A stretch of DNA of 63,496 nucleotides, the filler included, from Octopus bimaculoides (lineage: Eukaryota): NCBI RefSeq assembly GCF_001194135.2. It is 5 parts of 5 records of this genome, joined end to end, with 100 filler letters (N's around TTAATTAATTAA, not from the genome) between each part and the next. Parts side by side here need not be neighbours in the genome. Positions count along the whole stretch, not along the records: positions 22,259 to 50,264 come from NC_068994.1; 4 more parts are not named here. One strand, given 5' to 3'. The notes beneath the pieces were generated by a model. It made no database searches and had not been told where the DNA came from. It was given only the letters and a program-made list of their open reading frames with translations. Shown here piece after piece: positions 26,463 to 36,479 of this stretch. The position numbers and the translations under genes are program-made. Within the stretch, counting starts at the first letter, position 1, and every line of letters begins with the position of its first letter.

Positions 26463-26695
26463 CAGTGGCTCTCAACTGGGGTCCACATAAGATTTTGTTG
26501 GTAAAATTTATGTGCAATAAACTGGTTATACTTCTACAATATACAAAATATTTTAACAATCTTTTTATACGTTTCCTAATAATATTTCATTATAAAAATA
26601 TAATAGGATTTTTAAAATCATTGAATGGTTATGGGGGTCCACTGAAGTAAATTAGGAATCAAAGGGTGTTCGTAGCTAAAAAGAGAATTGCTGAT
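26463..26695. mobile_element. Decayed hAT (Charlie-like) MITE
   Basis: Begins cagtggctctcaactggggtcc; internal gggggtcc; right end degenerate. Confidence 0.5.
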
Positions 26696-27051
26696 CCAGC
26701 ATAATGTCATTGACATAGGTAGATAATAAACTGGATCCTGGAGCAGTGATTAGTTTGATTCTGATCATGAACAGAGCAGTAAGTATAAAGTTCAACAAGA
26801 ATTGTGACTGTTAGTTTGTTAAGTAAACAAAATAGGTGAAGCTAGTTAATGATAAGAGCCTAAAACAAGAATTTATGCATAAAATATGCATAAAGAACTT
26901 TCCTTGACATTATAAACACTTTTTTCTAATTCAACCGAACACCTTGTATGTGTGTGTGTGTAAATGATGGTATATATATACAACCCATGTTAGCATGGAA
27001 AGCGGACGTTAAATGATGATGATACACACATATATATAATTAATAGCAATA

Positions 27052-27490
27052 GAAGCAGTATTAAGGCAATCTTTATATCCAACTTAACATGGATGTTGTG
27101 TTAGAACACAGAATACTGCATCATTTACCTTGAGAGGACTTGTTATAAGGACTCATATTGCATAAAAGCACTTGTATTTATGTCAATGACATATGAGTAC
27201 CATCTGTTGTGGCTGCTGGAGCTGCCAGACCACGTGATTTTGCCCTGCCTGGGCTCTTCAGTGGCAGACGTCTGGAAGCAAGATAACAGCTGAATCTCCC
27301 TGTCAACAATATATAGAATTTCAGCAAGAGAAGCAGTATTAATACCAAGAGGCAACCGTTATATCCAACTTAATATGGACATTGTTAGAGCACTACATTA
27401 TTAATGGCAACAAAAGCAGTATTAATACTAAAAGCAAATTTTTATATCCTACTTAAAGTGGATGTTGTATTAGAACACAGGATACTGTGT
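27052..27490 (+). repeat. Three degenerate copies of a ~65-75-bp unit
   Basis: aagcagtattaa...ttatatccaacttaa...tggatgttg...ttagaacacag at about 27052, 27332 and 27413. Confidence 0.8.
27201..27299 (-). CDS. Candidate 99-nt exon of an unidentified gene
   Basis: GC-rich island in AT-rich DNA bounded by ttgttgacAG| and |GTactc. Two frames are open (RFSCYLASRRLPLKSPGRAKSRGLAAPAATTD or EIQLLSCFQTSATEEPRQGKITWSGSSSSHNR). Confidence 0.3.
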
Positions 27491-27589
27491 TATTTAACCT
27501 TGATATTAATTAGTCCGTTGGCTGTTTACAACATCAGTACCTGAATAGACACCATGAGAGAGCAAGCAAATTTTTATAAGAACTAGAGT

Positions 27590-28430
27590 ATGATAGATCA
27601 CATATTCATTCTAATACAGCTCATAGAATGAGCGAATGAATACTAGCTTCTTCTGTATCACTTTTGTTGATAACAAAAAGGCCTTCAAACACAGTATTGA
27701 AATCTCTGGAAATGCAAGTTGTTGAGGTGCAATACATCAAACTACTTAGAGATGTGAACTGTGAATGCAGAACAGCAATAACTCTGCTATCATCACCAGT
27801 AAGGGTCCCAACTGAGAAGTGTGTCAAGCAAGGAGAAATCATCTCTCTCAAGCTTTTTACCGCATGTTTAGAAATGGTCATCAAGGACATTGGCTGAACA
27901 GGTGGTGTTAACATCAGCAGCAAACAACACACCTCCAATTCACAGATGACATTGTACTCATCACTGAAATCACAGACTAGATGCAGACCATGCTGACAGA
28001 ATTGAACACTCAGAGCTTAGTAGTAGGTCTTAAAATGAACTGCATAAATACAAAATATATGCTGTCGGAAGATGTAGCAAAAGGCTGATTAGAGGTGGGA
28101 AACAATGAAATCAAGGCGGTAAAGGAGTATGTCAACATAGGGCACACAGTGAATATGTGCTGAGAATAAAGACAGGATGGAAGGTGTTTAACTCAATAAA
28201 GGATATACTCAAAACAAAGCTAGACAATACCATACACACCAGACTCTTCAATAGCATCATCCTACCTGCACTCTTAAACTGAGCCATGGGCTACTATGAA
28301 GAGTATAGAACATTGATTGGCTAAGATGCAAAGGGCCATAAAAAGATTCATGCTAAAAATATCATTATGAGAATATATTCAAAATGAGATAATTAAAGAA
28401 TGGAGTGGAGTGAATGATGTAATTGCAGAG
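27590..28430 (+). mobile_element. Decayed RTE-clade LINE, RT region
   Basis: KCVKQGEIISLKLFTACLE (cf. RGVRQGDxISPKLF), FTDDIVL and GLKMN motifs, with stops and frameshifts. Confidence 0.8.
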
Positions 28431-28439
28431 TACTGAAAA

Positions 28440-28715
28440 CACAAGTTTTATTGGTCTCTTGCTGAACTGCTAAGTTATGGGGATGTAAACTGACAAACAC
28501 CAGTTGTCAAGTTTTGGTGGGGGACAACAAAGACACACACACACACACACACATATATATGATGGCTTTCTTTCAGCTTCCCTCTACCAAATCCACAAAC
28601 AAGGCTTTGACTGGCCTGAGGGTATAGTTGAAGACACATGCCCAAGGTGTCACACAGTAGGACTGAACCTGGAACTAGGTGGTTGGGAAGCAAACTTCTT
28701 ACCATACAGCAACAT
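28440..28715 (-). mobile_element. SINE family A, CpG-decayed
   Basis: gctgaactgctaagttatggggatgtaaac and ctttctttcagcttccctctaccaaatccac match family A with CpG-to-TpG changes. Confidence 0.8.
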
Positions 28716-28734
28716 ACATATATACATATATATA

Positions 28735-29972
28735 TAATTTTGGGTAAAGGAAAAAGTGATTTACTTTTACAATTTATTAAAATGTAATCCTGTTTATAAC
28801 TCCCATCATTATGGATGACTTCTTTCCATCTACTCATTAGTTTTTTTAATTTCATTGGTGAAAAACTCTTTTGATTTTGATGAGAAGGAAGAGAAGTCAA
28901 TTTTGACCTCTTTGTGACTTTTGAGTACTAATCCATCTAAAGGATTCTGTAACAAATGGTAATCAGGAGTGAGGTCTGGGTAATAAGGTGTGTGAGGGAT
29001 TTTTTCCCAGTCAAATTCTTCGATGTTTTCTGATGTAATCTTTGCAGTGTAGGGCCTTGCATTATCATGATGAAACATCAATCCCTTACGATTCATCAAA
29101 GTAGGCTTTTTTCTTCATTCAAAGCAGCATCCAAATGCTCTAATTGTTGGCAATAGGTGTGAGTAATAATTGTTTTTTTTTGTTGGTAGCAGCTTGAAGT
29201 GGACCACTCCAATGCAATTTCACCAAACAGAAAGAAGAACCTTTTTTGCATGGAAGTCCCTTTTGGATTGTGGTTTAGCCTGTCCTCCATTGCCTGCGTC
29301 ACTTAACATTTTCATAAAAACCAATTTTTCATCATCAGTCACTAATCTGTTCAAAAATGGTGAGATACATTCATGAGAGTGAAGAGATGAGCAAATGTCC
29401 ACTTGTGATTTTCGGTTGGCATCTGTCAAATCATGGAGAACCCATTTTCCAAGTTTGGGCACTTTTTCAAGCTGTTGAAGATGGCAGTGAATAGTTGAAT
29501 GGCTTGAATTGAGCTTGCTTGCCAATTCTTTAACTGACACAGCATTATCCTTCTTAAGCTGTGACAAAAGAAGCTAATAGTCAAATTCAACAGGGCGTCC
29601 TGTTCGTGACCTCTCTCTTGGACTGAAATCACCATTTTTGAACTTTGCAAACCATCTTCTGCAACTTCTTTCGTTCAAGCACTCTTACCCACAAACTGAA
29701 TGGATATTTTGGGTTGCTTCTGTTGCACTGTCCCCCTTATTGAACCCACAAAGCATAAATGTGCCTTAAATGCTCCTTCAATACATCCATCTTTGAGGAA
29801 TTAATATTAGTAATTACTTCGGTTAGATTATTTTGTAAAAAGAAATATTAAGCTAAAGGTTTCCAAATTCATATGAGTCTCAATTAATACCATTTGACAA
29901 TTTTAAAATACTGTAAAATTTGATAGAAATTACATATGTATTTCAGACACTATTTATGGGATGACCTAATAT
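28735..29972 (-). mobile_element. Mariner (D,D34D) transposon, near full length, decayed
   Basis: Frameshifted motifs GKWVLHDLT, FLNRLVTDDEK, HAKKVLLSVW, FHHDNARPYT and HTPYYPDLTPDYHL; 5' end tattaggtcatcccataaata. Confidence 0.9.
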
Positions 29973-29987
29973 ATATATGTATGTATA

Positions 29988-30150
29988 TCATCATCATCAT
30001 TTAATGTCTGTTTTCCATGCTGGCATGGGTTGGATGGCTTGACAAGAGCTGACAAGGCCAGATGCCGCACCAGGTTCCATAGTCTGTTTTGGCTGGATGC
30101 TGTTCCTAATGCCAAACACTTTACAGAGTATACTGGGTGCTTTTTATGTG
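29988..30150 (-). mobile_element. RTE 3' tail fragment
   Basis: Reverse complement of ...ggaacagcatccagc...aacccatgccagcatggaaaacagacattaaatgatgatgat. Confidence 0.8.
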
Positions 30151-30224
30151 GTAACAGCACCATATATGCACACATATACACACACATATATGCACACATA
30201 TACACACACATATATATCATTATT

Positions 30225-31136
30225 ATTACCTCTGCCTTAGCAAAGCTGGAGGTATTGTTTCAGTTGTGTTTGTTTGTTTGTCTGTGGACAAGATATCTCA
30301 AGAACTGCGGGATGGATTTGGATGAAACTTTCAGGGATGTTTGGCCTTGTGACTGGCACGAACTGATTAGATTTTGGGATCGATCTGGTACTGGACAAGG
30401 ATTCTGGATTATTTGTTATATTTACTTTACATGATTACGATCTTATGTTGACTTTCAAGTTTTTCTCAATTATCGCCCTTCAGACTGTTTCCAAAGTTTT
30501 ATTTTCGTTTCTCTATTATTAATTTTACTCGCATCTCTATCTTAGTAGAAATTGATGGATAAAGAAATCAAACTACATAAACAAACAGCAGCAAAACAGT
30601 TCAGTAATTAAATAACACTAACATATTTTTATAATATATATATTATACATACATATTAACACTTTACAGTATACTTACATATATACATACATCTATATAT
30701 CAATCTAAAACAACAGGGATACTAAAAGAAGGCCGAAATTTAAGAGAAGAGAAAACCAAAAGGTCTCATGCTATTCATTTAAAAATTCCCGAGTAGAACT
30801 TATTATTACTTCTGCCTTTGAAACTATTTTGAATGGTGAATTTGTTAACTTTGGCTTATATTAGATAAGGATAAACTATTTAATACAGTTACTAAATTTT
30901 CTACAGCCACCTTCATATTCCATGACTACCATTGGGATTGATCGGGTACTGGACAAGGATTCTGGATTATTTTGCCTGTTTTTTCACTTAATTTTTGAAA
31001 GCGGTCAGGTTCATTTTTAGTATTCTCGTTAGTGAGAGCAGTTGAATTTATTTCAGATATTCTCATTTTAAAAATAATTGTTGAGAGGACATTGGTGTTG
31101 CCTTGGCAGAGGCTTGCATTCTCTGAGTGCTCTTAT
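30225..31136 (+). mobile_element. Helentron/DINE-1-like element (HINE-like)
   Basis: 5' attacctctgccttag...ggaggtattg, (TTTG)n, gatggatttggatgaaactt; 3' ccttggcagagg sub-terminal inverted repeat followed by tctctgagtgctctt. Confidence 0.7.
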
Positions 31137-31589
31137 TATTATTATTATTGAAGATTGATTTGGCTCCATGCAAGTTTCATAGACTTCTTACAGAAACTTA
31201 GCTTCTTCAGAATCAGATAATTAAATGGAGAAATACAGGAACTCCAAGATGGCTGACAGAAACTGAGCTGCTGTTGGCAGCAGCCCAGTTTCTGTCAGCC
31301 ACCAAGATAGGTCATAAGGTGTTGTTAAAGTGAGAATGATAATCCAGTGACACCAGATGCATTAGAAAGGAGAATTTCTTGGGACTGTGTGACGTGTATA
31401 CAAGCTGTATGAGTGCATCGATGTGGGTGTCCAATGTGTGTGAGCTGATGTGTGGGTGAGAGCTGATGGCATCAGCTCATCTGTGTTTGCTGGGGTGTGT
31501 GTACGTGTGGGTGCAGGTGCATATCAGCCATGTTTGAGTATTCATATGCACCGAACTAAATTTGTAGACTCGCACTCATGCCAACGTCT

Positions 31590-32097
31590 CTTTCATTGAA
31601 CACTAAACTCAGCTTGTGAAGACCTGTTGGGGCAAGCGAAAGCGAAATCGTGATGGCACCTGTACCAGTGGAACACTAAGAGCACCGTCTGAGCGTGATC
31701 GTTGCCAGAGCAGCTGTCTGGCTTCCGTGCCGGTGGCACGTAAATAGCACCATTTGAGCGTGATCGTTACCAATGTTGCCTTCCTGGCACTTGTGTCAGT
31801 GGCATGTGAAAAGACATTCAAGTGAGATCGTTGCCAGTGCCGCTGGACTGGCTCCTGTGCAAGTGACACATAAAATACACCATTTCGAGCATGGCCGTTG
31901 CCAGTACCGCCTGACTGGCCTTTGTGCCGGTGGCACGTAAAAGCACCCACTACACTCTCGGAGTGGTTGGCATTAGGAAGGGCATCCAGCTGTAGAAACT
32001 CTGCCAAATCAGATTGGAGCCTGGTGTAGCCACCTCAGTCAAATCGTCCAACCCATGCTAGCATGGAAAGCGGACATTAAACAATGATGATGATGAA
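31590..32097 (+). mobile_element. RTE LINE 3' UTR (5'-truncated) with ~55-65-bp tandem units
   Basis: About five units of gtgccggtggcacgtaaaagcacc...gagcgtgatcgttgccag, then the tail ending catggaaagcggacattaaacaatgatgatgat. Homologous to 45800-46315. Confidence 0.85.
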
Positions 32098-32303
32098 TAT
32101 TTAGGTCTATGTGCCAGCTGTGTATATCAGTTGTATGAATGTGTGTGTGTCAGTGCAAATGTGTGCATTAGTGCCTGCTGTATATGCTTAAGTGTGGTTG
32201 TGTTCAGGATGCATATATGGGTGTTTGTGGATGTATGAGTGTGTATGCACATTCCTGTACTTATATGTGAATGTATGTGTTTGTGTGGAAGAACATATAT
32301 GCA

Positions 32304-32334
<31 letters not shown>

Positions 32335-32525
32335 TTATGCATGTACATATGTGTGTGTGTGTGTGTATGTGCATGCTTTTAGTACTTATATGCGTGAACA
32401 TGAGAGATGTATGTTAGTATAGTTGCAACAGTATTGGTTAGGGAAGATCGACACTGGACTGATGTTTGGTGGTGTGAGACAGAGCAAGAGAGAAGCATAT
32501 GTACATAGATGCATGTGTGTCTATG

Positions 32526-32691
32526 CAGGGCCGGCCCTAGGGTTGCTGGAGCCCTGGGCAAGCTGAACTTCGGTGTGTACAAGTTTATGGTTGTGTTAAT
32601 CTGCTTGTCTTTGTAATGCCCTCCTTGGCACCCCCTAGCACATGGTGCCCCAGGCAACTGCTCGAGTTGCTGGTATCTTGAGCCAGCCCTG
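32526..32691. mobile_element. hAT-type MITE
   Basis: TIR cagggccggccc / gagccagccctg; imperfect 8-bp TSD tgtctatg / tgtgtaag. Confidence 0.7.
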
Positions 32692-32929
32692 TGTGTAAGT
32701 GTGTGTTTGTGCATATGCACACCCATGTATATGGAGGCAAATGTAAGGGGTAACAAGGGATGCATAAGGTTGGAAGGTCAGCCTGTGGTCTGTGTAGTCA
32801 TCAGTGTTTAGGAACCCTATCCTTGGTTATGGGGCAGCCAGTGTTAAGGTGCAGTCAATGTTAAGGTGTATAGTTGGATTGTTGGTGGCCATTGGTTTGC
32901 AGTTCACCAGGAGGGTGTATCTCCGATAA

Positions 32930-33125
32930 CAACAATAAGATGGCATTTCCTGTTGATAGATACAGCAGGTGTTTGGTGTGTAAGGTGGAGCCCTGTCGAT
33001 AATGGTCCATTCAATGTTAAGAGTTTCATTCTGGAGGTCACAAAGTCTCCAGAGGATATCAGACAAAGAAGTAGAATTCTCCCTATCCCTGCATCTAAGC
33101 AAGTGTATATGCCGTGTGTACTGTC
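32930..33125 (-). mobile_element. Penelope-like element GIY-YIG C-terminal remnant
   Basis: RENSTSLSDILWRLCDLQNETLNIEWTIIDRAPPY resembles the PLE endonuclease motif NSTxLSxxIWxLK...IxWxIIxxAxPY. Confidence 0.7.
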
Positions 33126-33129
33126 CCTT

Positions 33130-33341
33130 GAGGGGTGCTGAAAAGTTCCTGGTTCTAAGGGTATTGCGAAAGGTCTGGTCGGAGACCCAACCTTCCAAGT
33201 TCTCCTGCAGGGCTTAGAAAAACTGAAGGACCATTGCAATAAATATGTGGACCTGAGAGGGGAATATGTTGAATCAAATCATAATTAACTGATCCTCCTG
33301 TATTTTCTTTTACTCAAAACCAGGAACTTTTCAGCACTCTC
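33130..33341 (+). mobile_element. Mariner-derived MITE
   Basis: TIR gaggggtgctgaaaagttcctggtt / aaccaggaacttttcagcactctc; internal GLEKLKDHCNKYVDLRGEYVE is a mariner C-terminus. Confidence 0.85.
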
Positions 33342-34116
33342 TTGTGCGCACGTGTGTGTGTATTTATATAAAACAATGTACCCTACCATGTGGGTAGTTG
33401 TATAGGGCAAGGATGACTACTAACTTATCTTTTACATATTGTTTCAAAGGAGCATATAAAATCTAGATGGTAATAAATTAACTTTAAATAGCTCATTCTA
33501 GATTAGGATGGGGCAGTTGTTTTGTAAAGAGAGAAGGAAGGTAATTTAGACCCTTAAAAAAAACAAGGAAGCAGTTGAAAAGTACCGAAATAGTCAGTCT
33601 TAACCTCCTTATCACTTTATTTTATTCTTTAGTCTGTTTAGAACTTTCTTCCTTATAACCTGACTATTTAGAGAGAACTGTAATTTATAGTCCACTTGAC
33701 CTTTTTCTTTTCTTTTGTCTATTTATGTATTTTGTTTTATGATTATAATTGTATTTTGTCTGTCACTATATCTATGGTTTTAGTTTTGTCAGTAAACTGC
33801 TGGGAAGACACATCACATTTTGTATGCATTATAACACTGAGTGAAATGGTGAGAGAATCTAATGAAGAAGTTATTTAAACAATCACCTGAAGAGGAGCAT
33901 TGGATATAAGACAATGATTGCACGTGTGTCTAAACAACTGTAGTGATTTTAAAAGAAGAATGTTGTTAATTCCATTTTCTATCATTTGTCTATACATATA
34001 TATATACATGTAGAGGGATGGGAAATATACACACCAAATCTGGAAACTAGCCTTATGGGCCTATATCTCAGGAAGGACTTTTGATCCTTTTGTTTTAGCA
34101 TGGATAAGTGTGTGTG

Positions 34117-34150
<34 letters not shown>

Positions 34151-34152
<2 letters not shown>

Positions 34153-34820
34153 CTGAACATTAGAAGCATCAGTTGTGGCGTGCAAGAGAGACGATTGCGC
34201 TGATATGGACATGTGGTGAGAATGGATGAGGATAGCTGCGTGAAAAAGTGCCACACCCTAACAGTTGAGGGAACCCGTGGAAGAGGTAGGCCCAGGAAGA
34301 CCTGGGCTGAGGTGGTGAGGCAAGACCTTCGTACATTGGGCCTCACCGAGGCGATGACTACTGACCGAGACCTTTGGAAATGTGCTGTGCGTNNNNNNNN
34401 NNNNNNNNNNNNNNNNNNNNNNNNNNNNNNNNNNNNNNNNNNNNNNNNNNNNNNNNNNNNNNNNNNNNNNNNNNNNNNNNNNNNNNNNNNNNNNNNNNNN
34501 NNNNNNNNNNNNNNNNNNNNNNNNNNNNNNNNNNNNNNNNNNNNNNNNNNNNNNNNNNNNNNNNNNNNNNNNNNNNNNNNNNNNNNNNNNNNNNGGCACA
34601 TAAAAGACACCATTTCGAGCGTGGCCGTTTTCGTGCGGGTGACACGTAAAAGCACCCACTACACTCTCTGAGTGGTTGGCGTTAGGAAGGGCATCCAGCT
34701 GTAGAAACTCTGCCAAATCAGACTGGAGCCTGGTGTTGCCATCCGGTTTCACCAGTCCTCAGTCAAATCGTCCAACCCATGCTAGCATGGAAAGCGGACG
34801 TTAAACGATGATGATGATGA
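34151..34820 (+). mobile_element. Young 5'-truncated RTE LINE (gap 34393-34594)
   Basis: GHVVRMDEDSCVKKCHTLTVEGTRGRGRPRKTW...DRDLW RTE C-terminus without stops; (GAT)n tail; CpGs intact. Confidence 0.9.
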
Positions 34821-34989
34821 TATATATATATATATATATACACACACATACATATATATATATACACATACATACACGCACATTTATTTATATATACGTG
34901 TGTGTGTGTGTGTGTATATATATTGCTCAAATGTTTGTGTTCAGTTAAATGTTGCTAAGACAGAACCTCTCGATATGGGTGTTGTACTT

Positions 34990-35945
34990 AGACTTTCTGC
35001 CCATTCTGCACTGTCAAGCATTCCTTCACACCCCATTCCCCTAACACTCAGTGCTCTGTCATGCTTCTATCCATGGCATTACTTCATGGTTGGAATCATT
35101 TGAGAGCAGAAATGGCACATATAACTTCCCCATCATCCTTGGCACTTTCACTTACCTCCCACTGGAACCTGCCATCCCTTATTTTTATTAGCCACCCTTT
35201 CCTTTCTACACCATTTTCACTGATCACCTTCTATCCCTTCAGATATCTCTCCTCTGCCATACTCCATCTTAATACATCACATATCTGCTATCATTCTCAA
35301 TATCCACCATCATGCCCCACTCACTACAGATATCCTTATGTATTCCCACATTTCTGTCTCTACTGCTCCTACACCTTGCACATCAACCCCCTACCTTCTG
35401 ATCTATCCTCCTCCTGAACCACTGTTATCTCTCACCTTACCCTGTATCCATATGGATATTTCCCAACAATAGCATCTCCACTCAATACATTCACCTCTAT
35501 CTCCTTCTTTCCCCTCACAGTCTTATGAAAATAACCCCCACCCCATATCCCTCGAGAATTTGCTGTACTTTTTTAACTTCACCTTCCCAGCTACTACTAT
35601 TCTCCCTCATAATGTGGGGTAGCCATGTCTCTCCTCTATAGCAAAACACCTGTGCTTGTCCTCTTAGATTTTAACCTCTCAGCACCTGCATAAAGTACCT
35701 TGGTGCCTTTTCTTTTTTCTCCTTTTTCATTCTCTTTCTATTCTGCAAGTTACTTGGCAACCTCACTAGTGCCAGTAACATGAATAAGGCATCCAGTACA
35801 CACTACAAGGTGGCTAGTGTTTATGGCATTCAGCCATAAAAAAACATGCCAGAGCTGACACTAGAGCTTGATGCAGTCCTACAGCTTACCAGATCCTGTC
35901 AAACCATCCAACCCATGCAAGCATGGAAAATGGATGTTAAATAAT
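34990..35945 (+). mobile_element. Old pyrimidine-rich repeat ending in an RTE-type tail
   Basis: Similar architecture at 39080-39770 (+) and 43345-44170 (-); ends aacccatgcaagcatggaaaatggatgttaaa. Confidence 0.55.
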
Positions 35946-35989
35946 AACATTAATGATGGTCCATAGCTCAGAGACCAGGGAATCTCTCT

Positions 35990-36240
35990 AGGTTAAAATG
36001 TTACTTCTCGGCATTGAGAGATTAGAGCTTTGGTACTAAGAATGTGGTTAGAATGTTGCAGGAAAGAATCACAAGACAAATTTTTCAAGCCAAGCTAACC
36101 AGCAGGAGACCTAAAGTCAGATGGTCAGATAATATCCAGTTTCAGTGGGTCATGCTTGGGAATCCGGCTGGAAAGTGTAATGACAGCTGCTTCAGATAGG
36201 ATTCTATGGAGGTGGTGCCTGAGAACTCTAGCTTCATGAC
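35990..36240 (+). mobile_element. Decayed RTE-like C-terminal fragment
   Basis: RITRQIFQAKLTSRRPKVRWSDNI resembles the RTE GRRxxGRPxxRW region. Confidence 0.5.
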
Positions 36241-36479
36241 CCTCCAAGGAATAGTGGATGGAGAAAATATATGGATGGATGGAATATCACTAAAAACATG
36301 GCAATTTTGAAGGAGAATTTACAAGAAAGTTATTTAATGTTAATGAAAACACCTAATTATTTACTGAAATTGTCAATGGAAGTTGACGGAAACTGAATGA
36401 AAGTAAAGCAACTGAGCCGAGATCACATTGGTTATGTAGATGTACTATTCAATTATTCTTTTATCAGTTTCAGCCAGAG

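Noticed and set aside
27200-27290. Plus-strand peptide VVAAGAARPRDFALPG resembling glutamate synthase small subunit
   Set aside because: The similarity is short, the frame ends in a stop with no donor, and no other GOGAT-like exons were found.
27052-27490. miR-8/miR-200 gene or target cluster (CAGTATTA x3)
   Set aside because: Only the seed matches. The rest does not match mature miR-8, and the copies derive from one duplicated unit.
31630-31950. CRISPR-like repeat-spacer array
   Set aside because: The context is eukaryotic with no cas genes, and the units are wholly homologous tandem repeats within an RTE 3' UTR.
34990-35700. Further hammerhead in the old pyrimidine-rich family (ctcataatgtgggg...gcaaaacacctgtg near 35605-35655)
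   Set aside because: It is too degenerate to support; at most a decayed relative.
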